Below are positions 13,102-26,645 of a stretch of DNA of 64,000 nt, piece after piece. The position numbers and the translations under genes were made by a program. Source of the DNA: Callorhinchus milii (lineage: Eukaryota); assembly GCF_018977255.1 (NCBI RefSeq), contig NW_024704743.1, forward strand, positions 22,880,001-22,944,000, in the 5' to 3' direction. Numbering within the stretch: position 1 is the stretch's first letter; each line of letters opens with the position of its first letter. Below the pieces are notes generated by a model that did no database searches, was not told the DNA's origin, and was given only the letters and a program-made list of their open reading frames with translations.

Positions 13102-13200
13102 AGTTCTGACAAAAGATCATTGACCGGCAACGTTAACTCATTTTCCTCTCTCTATGGATGCTGCCTGACCTGCTGTGTGTTCCCAGCGACTTCTGTGTTT
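13102..13200 (+). mobile_element. Penelope-like terminal-repeat fragment with a decayed hammerhead motif
   Basis: agttctgacaaaagatcattgaccggcaacgttaact...gatgctgcctgacctgctg; homologous to 26646-26750. Confidence 0.55.
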
Positions 13201-14174
13201 ATACCACAATACTGTATATGGATCTGAGTGCTCAAAAAAGATAGTATCTGTAAGTGTACTGTTACCATACTGTTCTCCATACTGCTGAGAATGCGAAGCT
13301 GGATTGTGTCCTTTTAAACAGATAAACTTTGCCTCTTGAGTTCTGCTTTCAAAAATGTAAGCAATACATCTGGTCTTACCCTTTTAGGTCAAACAAAGTT
13401 TACTCCTTTAGAACACTGTAGTAGTTATCTATTTCCTGTCTAGCCCCATGATTTAATTTGACAGTCAACCATTCCAATCTCTTTACATTTTGCACACATG
13501 GCTGGAGATGTCTACAGCATAATATAACAGGTTTTCTAAAACCAGGGCTTTTCAAATATTGTGACAAGTTAGTAGGGATCTTTCCCAGACAAAACAAATA
13601 TAGTTTTATAAAAGTGCTTTATTTTGATCCGTATATTCCTTCCTTTTCAAATTTCCTAGAAGTGGGGGACTATTGGATAGTCTGTGCCTTGGGGGAGGGT
13701 GAAAGCGAGGGGGGTGATCATGCTCTGTTTGCTCAATGAGTCTTGCGATGTATGTTTATAATGGGAATTCCGCACATCAAAAGATGTTTTATATGCACCG
13801 TCCCCACATCTCTTCTAATGACCAACATCAATGGTATTCCCACCATTAGCTAATAACAGGCATGATGATTGCAAAGAGATGAGGAAAATTTTCTTTCTGT
13901 TACAGATTTCCTGTAGCCTTGGAGAGAAAAGTTCCCTTTTCATGTGATCGCCAGAGAGGTTACAGGAGAAGAAATCCCATTTGATCTCATCCTTCTAGAA
14001 TAAGAATCCTTTTTGTCTTTCCATTACACCATCATGCTATTTTTTTCAAATAATTCCAGTATCCTGGCCTCAAATATGCCTTATCATGTCCTCACAAAAT
14101 CACAAAGCACCTCATGGGATTTTTACTGTGAAGTGTAGTGAGTGTGTATTTGTAGTCCACAACCTGCTGGAGTA

Positions 14175-14562
14175 CCAACTGGCTTGACTCAGATGACAGC
14201 ACCTCTGAATCAGAAGTTTGTGAGTTCGAGCCCCATGTTGGGACTTGAAACCCAAGTGCAGTGTTGTCGGAGGTGCTATTCTTCTAATGAGACGTTAAAC
14301 CGAGGTTCTGCCTACTTGTTCAGGGGGACGTTAAAGATCCCATGGCATTATTTGAAAACAGAATGGAGGCTCCCAATGCCTTAGCCTACAGTCTTCCAGA
14401 TAAAATTGGTCACTCACCAATGGCCATTTGTGGAACATTACTGTGTGCAAACTGGCTGCTGTGTTCGGTACAGAATACACAGTCACTACACCTTTACAGT
14501 ATATCTTGTGAAGTGCTTTGAGACGTGATAAAGTAGAGTATCTCATGTAAGGATTATTATTA
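14175..14562 (+). mobile_element. Deu-domain SINE, near full length
   Basis: tRNA-like head (gagttcgagcccc B box), Deu core ggaggtgctattcttctaatgagacgttaaaccgagg...gttaaagatcccatggca, tail gtaaggattattat. Confidence 0.8.
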
Positions 14563-15934
14563 ATATAACCTCACACCCGACATTGGCATAAGAGCTTTTA
14601 ATATATAAGTTAAGCTTTCTTCGGGTAAAAGCAGAGAATGTTTTGTTGCGGTGAAATCAAGGTAAAGACGCATTTACGATTCAGGTGAAATTAGCAAACT
14701 CACGCTGCCAGCTTGACATCAAGTGGAGTTCATACAAAACAGCATGAATGATGGACAATAATAACAGTAGAGAGAATTTTTTCAATAAATTGCTCAGACC
14801 AGTGAAAGGATTTGACAGATAATTAAGAATGGAGCTGTAGTCATAGTGCTCAAATTTTAACAGGAAATCAGGCGCACACAGTGCTGGGATTCCCCGCCTG
14901 ATCATATGGTTCACATCACACAACCAAGGCTCTCCAAACTCAACACCGATCTTCATTTGACCACCCTGCTGCTGTGTATTCAACCTGGAGAGAGATTTGG
15001 CATCTAATATTTGATGATGTAAGGATTAATAAGGAAGCTGAGGCTCAAAATTCCCACTAATCTAAATCTGACTATTCTGTTTTAAGGTTTAACATTGCGT
15101 AGAATTTGGGGAAAATTTTTCAATTCAACCTTAACTTGGAAACAGATTTCTTTTGAAGAACTGCAGAAACCCAGCTTCCGGATTAAGATTTACATTTTAA
15201 ATCAAAGTGATCCTTGCGGGGTAGGACTAGGTGGAATTTTGGACTCGCATTGACCAAAACGACACCACCCACAACACGTCAACTCATGGGAATTCTGCTC
15301 CAAACGTAGATGGCATTGAAGAGAAATGTAACATACTTGAAATTTTTCTAAGAAAGAATCCTGGTCCATTTTGTCTCAAATTAAACTCCAAATAAATAAA
15401 TGTGTCTGTGGGGGAGTACTTTTAATGTAAATTTCTCTCCCTCCCCACGGGTTCATTAGAAAAAATCCTCCCTGGTACAAGTTATTTTAAATTTATGGTG
15501 CTCACTTCCTCAGCACAGGCTTGCATTTCAGGTCTCCAGGTGCAGCAGCTGACGTTAGCTACGAGTCTGTCAGCAAATGACTCCGCAGGGAGTGACACAG
15601 ATAGGCAATGGGCCTGTATGTTGCTAGGGTGAAATTTGAACAAGGTCTCACTGTCCAATGCCTGCGAGATGCAGACGGACAAGCTGGGTCACACGATCCG
15701 TACTCGGTTCATTTTTATAGACATCGATCACGCTGACTGATTGTCAGGAGTTTTATGTCAGAGTCATGTAGTCACTCGTAGAGCTACAACAACAACAACA
15801 AATTGCATTTATACAGCATCTTTCATATCGAGAGGACTCCAGCGCTGTTCCTAGGTGCCATATTCGACCTGTCTCTTAAAAACAACTTGAATGTTTCTCG
15901 TGTAACCAGAACTGTACTGATACCAAACATATTA

Positions 15935-16250
15935 ACTCTTGCATTTGATATTTGATAGAACGCCTTATCACATCCTCAAAACGTCTCAAAGGGCTTCACA
16001 GAATATACCGTAAAACAAATTGACTGTATATTTTGTGGGAGAAACGCGGCAGCCAATTGCGCACAGCAGTGTCCCACAAACAGTCGTGGATTGAGTGACC
16101 AATTTATTACTATTGTCCTTTTTTTAAAGGAATTAATCCCCCAGAAAAGCGATCCGCCAATCGACTAACAACCGGGTTCCTACTTACTGCTAGGTAAACA
16201 GAGTGTGTGTCTGTGTGTGGGTGTGGAGTAAGGAAACTTGACAAAGGTTT
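15935..16250 (-). mobile_element. tRNA-Ala SINE lacking its head
   Basis: Body and tail match 2313-2688. Confidence 0.8.
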
Positions 16251-17694
16251 TAAGAATGAAAAGGCTGTTAAGGGCAAGGGTGGAAAAACTAAAAAGAAGA
16301 CGCAGTTGCCACATACAGAACAAAGCGGATGAAAATTGCAATTTTTATCAACTCAGATTAAATTGAAACAGTATTCTGTGAAGCAGCTCTGAAACGTGGT
16401 TGGCAACAGCAGTAATGGAACTAAAATATTTAGACCACATTCAGAGTGTGACTTTTGCCAACGTCAGAGACAAGACGGGGCAGAATTTCATCCCATTTTC
16501 TGTAGCTCCATCTCCAGTCACACTCAGCATCAGGCGAGCCAAAGTAATGCTTGGAAAAGGTCACTGTGCATCAATCTGGGAACATGGGATCCAACTGAAG
16601 TAGTTATGGAGGGAGAACACAGGGCTGATTGAAAGACAGACTTGGAAACAGCATTCAATTCACATGAGGCCTTGCTACCATTTAGAAAATAGACAGATCT
16701 ACTCTATCATTCAAAGAAATGGTGTAAAGTTCACCTCTAATATATGCCTTACGTTGAAAGTAAAACGTAATGAACCTTAATTAATTTTGTGGAGTCTTGG
16801 TCGCACTCTCGGATGAACGTTATATAAAAGACCACGAGATGGACTCTGTGTTTCTCATAATTATATTGCTGGTGCAGCTGAGTGCTGGTAAACACACGAC
16901 TGCTTCACCAAGACATCTTATATTTGCATCAGATCACTGCATAATTAGAGTGAAAGGAATTATACACTGAAATGCTATTCTTGTGTCAAAGCCGTACTTG
17001 GATCAGATATGCATTAATTTGGCTTTGACTGTGTAATCAGAGCCAGAAAAGCCAGCCTGTGTGAGCTCCAGACAACACACACTGGAAGCTTATATGAATC
17101 CTGAAGAGTGCTATAGAAATGGTTATTTGGGAATTACTTTGAGGTTGAACTTTAGTGGTTTCATTTGGGCTTTTTTTATGTATCAAGAGCTCTGGTGTTC
17201 TACAGCATGAAGGACAAACAGTATTTGAAGTATTGTCATCCAGTCTTCACTCCGGAAAATGTTTGTCTAGATTCTATTAAAAGTGTTTCTTGTCAGTATA
17301 AATCAAGCTGGCCTGGTAGGATTATGCTGCCATCTTCGCTTTGTTTAGGAATACACATGGGTGAGGGTTGTCGGGCTGGTCCACAGCCTTCAACCTAGAG
17401 GTTGTGGGTTGAATTCCAGCACGAAGGATGGGAAAACAAGAGACAAAAGTCTCCTTTCATAAACAGCTGTTGAAGTTCTCCACTACAGTGAGCTCTGGCA
17501 GGGTCAATGTGGGCCAAGTGGATATTTTGTGGATTCAAGGCCATTGCAAGTTCAATGAAGACAACAAGAATTCAATCACGTTTATCATCCAATGACTATC
17601 AGGGAGAGGAAACTTGTAAATTGTAATTTCTGAACTATATGTGATACTCTATACTATAGTTTCTTTGATAAACTATCCGATAGTATTTATAAGA

Positions 17695-18372
17695 ATACTA
17701 ATCCTTGCATTTGATATAAAGTAAAAATGCCTCAAATCACTTCACAGGGAATTTTTGTAACGTGCAGTAATTGGGTATTTATAGGCAAACACGCAGAACA
17801 AATTGTACAAAACTCCACAAAGTGAACGACCAACCTGGGGAATCATTGGCCAAGCCACTGGGAGAAACTCGCTTTTATTTTCTAATAGTCATGGGATCAT
17901 TAACATTTACCTGAGCAGACTGACTGGATCTTGATTCAACATCTCATCTGACTGTGCAGCTCTGCTCTGGAGTGTCAGCCTCGACCAGAGATGGTCCAAC
18001 CTTTTGGCTGCTGGGGGTCAGATGCTCTACTTGAGAAACTTCTGCCGGCCACAGACCAGTGGTGACCAACCAATGGGCCGAGGGCCGAAAGTGGCCAGCG
18101 AGGCTGTTAAAAAGTGGCCGCCAAACATTCGCTCTAGTCTAGGTGAGTCTGTTTTACATCGAAGTTTGTGTTCAATTTTTTTGTGATTGAGGCTGATTAT
18201 AATTTATGGCATAAATCAAGAAATACTCATTGAAGAAAATGTATTTCATTGGCCAACCAAAAAGGTTGGTCAACACTGGTCTAGACTATGAGCTCAAAGT
18301 TCCAATGTGGGGATTGAAACTATAACTTTCTGACCCAAAGCGAGAGTGCTATCAACTGAGCCAGGCTGACAT
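17695..18372 (-). mobile_element. Deu-domain SINE interrupted by a hAT MITE
   Basis: The Deu sequence resumes correctly (ggagtgtcagcc...agactatgagctcaaagtcc) across the insertion. Confidence 0.7.
17986..18278. mobile_element. hAT (Charlie-like) MITE
   Basis: TIRs cagagatggtccaaccttttgg / ccaaaaaggttggtcaacactg; imperfect 8-bp TSD gcctcgac / gtctagac, resembling the Charlie NTCTAGAN target. Confidence 0.7.
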
Positions 18373-20819
18373 AATAGATGATTAATTGCAACAAAAAAAG
18401 GACAGGAGCTTTATGCCAAGCTGAGGAGGAGATGGAAATGATCTGTGTAGCTTCAGCTCCTGAATTTTGATTTAAATAACAGAGTGAGTCTCTTCCACTG
18501 GTGCATCACAGCTCTGGCGAGGCAATGACACAAATAGGCTTTTTACACAACCTAGTGGAGGCAAAAGGAATGACTGCAATGAAAACCAAACTCGTGTTTA
18601 GTCAGAGAATCGGTCGGTTACCAAACTACAATTCTATTTCAAAATAGCGAACTTCAGTAACTCCAGCAATAACATCTGGCTTTGGCCACTCAGCACTTAT
18701 TCCTTTAACTTCCACCCTCCTTCGTGTTGGTTTGTTCTTTGCTGACCAGTGACATTTTAATTAAGAACAACAACAAAAATTGTAATTTAGCACCCTCAAG
18801 TAGAGTAACGTCTTGAAGTGCTGTACAGAGAAGGGGGCAAATTCTAAGGAGTTGGGTGGGGGGAACGGAGGGAGGTGATAACAACAATAACTTGCATTTA
18901 TATAGCACCCTTCACGCGGGGCAGGGTCTCAGAGCGTTGACCAGGTAATGCTTGAAGAGGTAAGTTTAATTAAAACCAAGATATGCATTGACTGTCTGGT
19001 TGCTGAAAGCTTGCCACATCAGTTTCAGAACAAGTTTAGCAGTTTGGCTGTTTTAATAGCTCTAACTTTTTCTTAATTTTGCACCCTGCTCTCCTGAAGA
19101 CATTAATAGCACACAGGTCTCAGGAGCTCCAAACTCTACCTAGCCTTAGCCAGTAAGGCCACTTTGTCATAAAATAATAATTATAATAATCCTTGCTTTT
19201 GACCTTGTGCCTTATCATTGAGACATCTCAAAGCGCTTCACAGATATATGTAAGATGGCTAGAGGTGAGTTGGCTTTATATTGTGTGAGCCAAACTTATG
19301 TAAGATGGCATTGAATTGTGCATAATTCTAGCCAGTTTTCCACAGATTTTAAAAAGAAATCGCTTCCAAATTAAGACTTTTCCATAATTCCGTGTGATCT
19401 TAAATCTTAAAACAAAATAATCTTACAGGCTAAGATGAGATGGAATTGCCCAGATTAGGGTTAGGGTTAGGGCCATTTGTTATGTACAAGTGTAAACAGT
19501 GAGTACCAACAGGCAATTTGACAATGAAGATTCACATCTGCTGCATGTATGTATATTTTTTGCTAAATTATTGAACATTTGAAATATGAAAGATGGAATT
19601 TGAGAGTGCTATTGGATTATGCAATTCTGTGGAAGCCTGGTCAGTTGACTGATAAGATGAAAGATTTTTTTTTGTTTGTACATGACAGGAACAATAATGA
19701 ATCACAATGTTTTCGAGCTTCATGCAAGTTGTGCTGTGATGTGCTGACATTTCCAACCCTTTGGCATGCTATAAATGCTGTCAAAATATGTAACAGATGT
19801 TCTGCTGTACCAGAACATTTTGTATAGGAGTCATGAGAACTTCGTTTACAAAGAAAATGGGTTGTTGAAATTATGCATTATTCTGTAAGATAATATTAAC
19901 ATAGAAAAAAAGCAGATTTTTTGGTTAAGAAAATGGAGGCCTGTGGAGTAAGGAAACTTGCCTAGGGTTTTGCCCAGCCCAGGAATTGAACCTGTGTCCT
20001 ATCGATTGCAAGGCAAGCTTGTTAACCACTGTGCTACAGGACTCCTCGGGGTCCTGTGGCACTAATCAAATAAAGAAAGTTGTGCTCAGGCCTGGCCAAC
20101 AATTCCCCAAATAAAATTGATCTTTCACTTCATGGCTGTTTGTGGGGCAATGCTGAGTGCAAATTGGCTGCTGTGCTCGCCTTCCAATTACACAATCATT
20201 GCACTTTACAGTAAATCTTGTGAAGCACTTTGAGACAACCTCCTGATAAATGCTATAATGTAAGGATTATTATTATGAAAGTTGAACTAACTAAAAACGA
20301 CCTTAGTTTCTTCTTCCTTACTCTACCCTCTATTATGGAAGTGAAAGCAACCGCTTAACAATTGTCATTAACATTGGCTGAAGATTGGCTTTAAGAGACG
20401 TTTTTCATCCAGTCAAAAATTCAACTTGGAAAATCAGACTTGGAAGATGGTTCTGGTCACATCATATGTCAACGATGCTGCAAAGTACAGCTGTCAACAA
20501 CCCGCACAGTCTCACAGAGTTGAGTAAAACACATCCACAATGCAGAAGGGTTAAGGATTCCAAATTGCGCATACAGTAAGATAAGCGAACAAACAAGTAA
20601 ACGGTACTTGCACACATTTAACAGCTTCATGTCAAAGCATCATTCCTTCTGGTCCTTTGCCAATGCTGCCTCTTGAAATGTTTATGAGTCTTCCTTTCCG
20701 TTCTAATGATTCAAATACTAGCTGAATCCCCATAGCTCTCTTTTCTCCTCTGACTCTATCCCACACTGTCTCTTCAATCTTTCTACCCCTTCTATCTCTC
20801 TTCTCTTTGAAGATTAGCA

Positions 20820-21130
20820 TATGTTAATGCTGTCCTAAAGAGACAACCCATCTTCATTTTCAAACTACCGTTACCACCTTATTGGCTTTACAAAGTACTG
20901 GAAGCTAGTGTTATTATTCATTACCTTAAAACATTTGGCCAAATCAATGATTGCCAGTAGGCTTTTCCACTGGTAATCTTGCACCTGGACACTTTTGGTA
21001 CTTCATTTTACAACACCTTTGACTTCTAGAAAATCTTTAGCAGAGTCTAGCATCTCTCTAAACGGTCTATCAGTTTTCAAGTTCTTGGTACATCTTCCAT
21101 CTCTTTACCTGTCAATTCAAGGGTTCCCCC
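20820..21130 (+). mobile_element. Highly decayed non-LTR reverse transcriptase remnant (clade unresolved)
   Basis: Traces such as FSNYR, KVLEA, INDCQ*AF and LPVNSRVP occur in RT order across frameshifts. Confidence 0.35.
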
Positions 21131-22254
21131 TCTCTAAATTGTTGCTTCTCCCATCAAAGACTTTCAGGCGAGGAGGAGGGTAGCAATCTAAGGCAAATTC
21201 CTGGCAGTAAAAAACACATATCTAATAGCAGTTCTTGCATTCATTAAGAGGGAGGTTAAAAACACAATCCTGTCTAATGTCCCAATGCCTTTTGAGGAAG
21301 CCATACATTGCCGAACAATCTGTGAAGGGATGGGGATTCCGTTGCAATAATCAACAGAAACTGTAAAAGGTGGATGGGGTGATGGGTGTCTCTCAGTGTA
21401 TGTGAAAAATTATTGGTGTCTATTTTGTGGCATTTCGCCCACAAAATATACAGTCAATTCACTTTGCTGTATATTCTGTGAAGCGCTTTGAGACATCTCG
21501 AAGACGTGATAAGGCGCTACATCAAAATGCAAGGATTATTATTACAGGGACCGGCCTCGTGGGTCTGGTTGGACAGTGACTCCGCTGACAATCCCTATGT
21601 AGGTCAAAAATATGCCAGGTTGTAATAATCTCTGGAATTGCTTAATTCTGACAGAATTATTCCCCAAAAAGTGTGAGTAATACAGGATGTGCCAGGACAA
21701 ACAACTCCGACTGAACATTTTACTCCAGTTTGATTGCACTTCTCTTGGAATGTTATGAGGAACTAATCATCCACTGGTATCTGATAACTTGCAGTTGGGA
21801 TTCCAAAGAGCGCATGCTGTGCCCGGTTTGTCCTATACTTTTTTTACATTCCTGTGTTTTTAAAAATAATCGCCCCACCCCCTCCCTGCATCCACCTCCC
21901 CCTGACACCAGATACTTTCCTTCCCCGAAGGCATTGACTAACCCTGGGGTAAGATGGAACATAGGACTTTCATTTTTATGGTGTCAAACTGTCTGGAAAC
22001 ACTTCACAGTAATTATTGGCAGGAGTAGTGAGTTTTTCTTTAGGGTTTCACAGGCACCGGGTGACCGATGCAGATTTGAAAGTAAAAATATATTTGCATT
22101 TACGCAGTCTGATGCTGCATGCCATGCAAAGGGTCTATTGCCTCACTTCGACTTGTGTCACAATGATCTGGGTGGGATCTCTTGCGTGACACAGGTAATT
22201 AAACACTCAATTGTCGAATTCAGTCTTAACTTTGAAGCTATTTTCTGTAATCAT

Positions 22255-22665
22255 TAATAATATTAATCCTTACATTTGCTGTAGCACCTTTCGCATCAGG
22301 GGGATTTCCAAAGCGCTTCACAGGATATACTGTGAAGTTGAGTGACTGTGTATTTGTGGGCGAATGTGGTGGCAGCCCAATTGTGCACAGTTATGTCCAA
22401 CAAACAGCCATGAAACTATGACCAATCTTATTTGGTGACTTTTGGCAGGACCCTGGGAGAAACTCCCTTCTCTTTTCAAATGATGCCACGAGATCTTTGA
22501 CATCCGCCTGAACAGGCAGATGGGATCTTGGTTTACCATCTTATCCAAAGCACCTTCGAAAACAGAGCACAGCACATGCCCAGTATTACATTGGTATGTC
22601 AGCTTCAGGCGATATGAGTTCCAAGTCCTGATTTGGGGCCTGAACCCATAACATTCTGACTCAGT
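22255..22665 (-). mobile_element. Deu-domain SINE
   Basis: Tail, Deu core and head motifs on the reverse strand. Confidence 0.7.
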
Positions 22666-22899
22666 CATTGTGCCCCAAGTATCTGGAACTCCCTGAAACA
22701 GAAAGTTGTTCTGCCTCAATCTCTCCATCTTGTCCCATCTTCTGGCATCTATAAATTACACCTGAAGACTTTCCTCTTTAACCATGCCTTCAGACATCTC
22801 CCCCCTCTTCCCAGCTCTGAGAACCTACCCGCGTGAAGGGCATTGTATAAAAACAAGTTGATGTAGTCAAAACTATCAACCATAGGGAAGGAAATCACA

Positions 22900-24140
22900 A
22901 CTAGCAGATGTGAATAAATAGGAAGATGTTTTATTGCAATAGGAAGACATAAGTTCGAGATGGGCTGAATTTTTAAAAGAACTTTTGCTAATTCAAGATC
23001 CAAAGAAACAAATAAATATCATGGGTGAGTCACTGCAACAAATGCTAATTACAGTAAACTCCTGATAACTCGATCTTGGCTTAACTTGTCACGATCACTT
23101 AAGTCATTATACTGTCAATATCGCAGGCGCATTTAATTATGTATTAATACATATGTATAACTTGCCACTACAGATAACTCGTCACTGAGACCTTTTTGCT
23201 TGGAGTGACGAGTTATCAGGAGTTTATTGTAAGTTGCAAAATGTACAAAGACCGGAGAAACAGTTGGAAAAATGGAAATATTGGAGACTGTGTATAGAAA
23301 ATGAATCTTTGCAACATGAACTACAGCTTGAGAATTCTACCATAAACGTTGTTAGATTTATATACATGACAATGTTCCCTCCTCCCCTACTCCACAAAAC
23401 ACAGAGGTTACAGAATGTGGAGAAACATAGAACTATCAGTCTCATGAACACACTGGGAGCTGCTGTTAAAAATCTTACCAGATAGAGTAAAGAGAAATAG
23501 TTGCAAATTAACAACGAGAACCACTTTGATTTTAGATGTGGGGAAAGAACCGGTAAGCGAATATTTGACAATGATCTGTAAGAGGTCAACAGAAATGAAA
23601 ACAGAAGTTCATCTATATATTTCATATATTTTGACAGGATGAAGCACAAAAGATTAATTCAAATCTTAGACAAGGTTCGAATCGCCGGTTTTAAGTATTA
23701 GACGTATTAGGAATCTTTACCTCTGTCAAAAATAATATTAATAATCCTTACATTTGATGTAATGCCTTTCACGTCGAGAGGATGTCTCAAAGCGCTTTAA
23801 GGGAAATACTGTAAAGCTGAGTGACTCCTTTTGTGGGCAAATGTGGCACAGCCCAGCAACGTCCCACAAACAGCCATGGCGTGACTGACCAATTTTGTTT
23901 GTTTTTATGAGGATAATAATGAGATAACAAAGGATCTGGAGAGGAAAGCAAGGATGCGATGCCACCCAATCTTTTCATCAGATACTCTGAATTCATGATG
24001 AGAAGCAGTCGGGAGAAAGAAATATTTACTTACCATCAATGGAAAACTGACAACCTATGGTAGAGTACTGACTGCTGATATGAAAGAGAGCTTTGAAGTG
24101 ATACTCAAGAAATTAAACCAGATCACTTTGGAACATGGCG
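22900..24140 (+). mobile_element. Decayed RTE-clade LINE RT remnant, interrupted by a MITE and a SINE tail (about 23738-23915)
   Basis: RWAEFLKELL, EKHRTISLM, LLKIL, FDFRCG, FDRMKHKRLIQIL, PNLFIRYSEFMMR and TING...LTAD...KLNQITLEHG follow the RTE RT motif order. Confidence 0.65.
23052..23229. mobile_element. Tc1/mariner-superfamily (pogo/Tigger-like) MITE, 178 bp
   Basis: TA|CAGTAAACTCCTGATAACTCG ... CGAGTTATCAGGAGTTTATTG|TA; TA target duplication. Confidence 0.85.
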
Positions 24141-26645
24141 ATTGTGAGTGAGTGAGTGAGTGAGTGAGTGGATTTGATGCACTGAGTGTGGTCCATGGGT
24201 GCGTGGGGTTATTGGTCAGAGTGTATCAGTATGCGGAAGCAAGTGCGAAAATTCCGGTGAAAAATGCAATGGTTCAAAATAGTCAGTAATTGTCGAATCT
24301 GTCACAAAACCCCTGCATGTCCCTCATGCCTTCCATTCCACCATCGATGGCCACACTTTCAGCCACTACTCCGCCACTGTCAAGCTCTCTGGGACGCTAC
24401 CCTGCTTGTGGGGTGCTATATAAATACAAGTTGCTGTTGTTGTTGAGACACCCCATTTTTCATCCTCTGTCTATTCTCTGTTAGTTTTTGCCTGTCATGG
24501 TTGGGCAAGTCACGTTAATGGAAGGTGGCTCTTTAAGTGAAGTTTCCACACAGTGTTAGCTTGCAGGGAGCTTTGATTAATGAATAGGCCATAAGTCACT
24601 GTTGACATGGAAACTTTCCTCTCGGCAGCCAGAGGTCTTCAATCAGTGCAGCTTTCTCAAAAACAGGAAATTTGCCATAAAGTCAGATCATGCCAAAGCA
24701 AATGATTTAAACGTTTCTCCAAAAGTCTTTCCTGGCATTTATTTTCTTCAACGGTTGGTATAGAACCAAATAAAAACATAGACCCAAACGTTGCATTCTT
24801 GTTCCGTTGCATTTCTCCTGCTCAGAAAGCTAATTTATGTTGAAGGTATTTTTAAATAGACGTGCGGTGGGCGAGACCCAAGGGATATGTTGTCATCTGC
24901 ATTTTGTAGCTTACAGGCCGAAGCTTCCTGTTTACAAACAGTGTGGCCTCTTCGGGTTATCGGAGATTGTGGCAGATATAATATTCAGTCCCAACTTTTA
25001 CAATAAAGGTAAGTTTAGAGAGCGCAGTATATATTATTTATCGAACAGTCTTTTCCAACACAACTTTGCTGCAAGACATTATATCCGATTCATATTCAGA
25101 CACCGTCATGCATCGTTCTTTGACAGCAGCAGCAGCATCTTAGAAGCTGCTCTAGATTATGACCACCCTTTCTCCCTACCTTCCTTCTGGGATGGTGCCA
25201 TGAACTTTCAAAGCTTTAGAATATTTGAACAAAATTATTTTTTAACGTTAGACTGTGCTAGAACGTCTTTGTGAATACTGGCAGGCAATGAAACGTCTAC
25301 TGTTCCATTTTGTTTATTGATGGTGTTGAAATCAGTTTATCTAAGCCAACATAAAGACACAATTCCTACAATTCCCAGCACCATGACCTGTGAAGGTTTC
25401 TAAGTGTTTGGCAGAAGACATTGCAGCAAACTTAAAAATGTCAAAATGACTCCCCCCACTACCCAACACCACCAACATACGCAGACAGCCATACAGTTCA
25501 CATGGGATCAGGGCAACAATCCATATTAAAAGGAGGTGGTGTTCCCCAAGGAACTAAAGTTTATGTTAACACCACAATGAAAAAATTTGTATAGTGCCCT
25601 TCACATTGGGAGGACAACAACCTTAGGATAAAAGCTCTCTTTCAATGGCTTCCACACCCCTGTATCCTTGCTCGGACAAGAAGACGCAGCTTTCGGGGCT
25701 GTGAAGAGCAAGTTTAGGACAGGCATCCCAATGCCATGCTCTTTCACCCTATATTTTTATATTTATCTTCCTCAAATGTTTATCCAATTTCCTTTTAAGT
25801 GTTTAAATGTTTTAGAGTTAGTCAGAGAGTATACATTATTGGTGTAATGCAGCATGTAATACAAACACCTTTAAAACATCTACATCTTCTTTAAGGCAAA
25901 GTTGCTCATTTTTTGCACACGCAAGTTATACTTTCAAAATAGCAATTGAGCTGTGTTGGTTTCTTCATATAAAAATTTGCCAGATTTAAAATGTCATTGC
26001 AGTAATACTGGCTTTTGAAGTGCAATCCAGCTTCAGTTAGTAAAGCACAAGGGTTTAAATGTGACTGTGGCAAAATAGAATACAAACATTGCTTTTAGTC
26101 AGATTCTAAATAAGCATGAATGAAATAACAGCTGAAGCTTTGAGAAAATTCTTTGCCTGTGAATAAAATTCTTGCCAGTCATACAGCCATATTAAAGTAT
26201 GCTCTGGTGGTGTTGTCATCTTTCACAGCCCGACATGTAAATTGGTTGTGAAGTAGCTTAGAGAGGACCCAGCGAAATAGCTTATAAGGAACCCAGTGCT
26301 GAGATATTTACTGTCAAACACTTCACCCCTATTACTTTATGGAGTTATTGGTTTCCATGTGGACATTATTGTTTCATTTATGTTTTAACCATTTGAGTTT
26401 TGACCAGAGTATATCTTTGTACCTTACAGAATGCTAGTTCAGTTTGAAAAAAATAAAGTTATATTATATTAAGGTTATATCATATTCCCTATAAATAAAT
26501 CAAGGCAGGTGCCAGATAGCCATTAGATATAATGGAGGGCAATTTAGTGCTGCATTTGATATTTAGCACATCGAGTGGACCTGTATGTTTCATGACACAG
26601 AAGTCACCTAGTGTTGTTTAACAGTGACGTCTTTGAATCCGACTT

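Noticed and set aside
17365..17530. LF-SINE-like ancient SINE
   Set aside because: Only a vague resemblance of the tRNA-like head and a few words; cannot be supported without an HMM search.
19455..19472. (TTAGGG)3 as an interstitial telomere
   Set aside because: Only three units; too short to imply a fusion or healing site.
21730..22257. 175-aa ORF as a gene
   Set aside because: Non-ATG start, no recognisable domain or splice context; consistent with chance.
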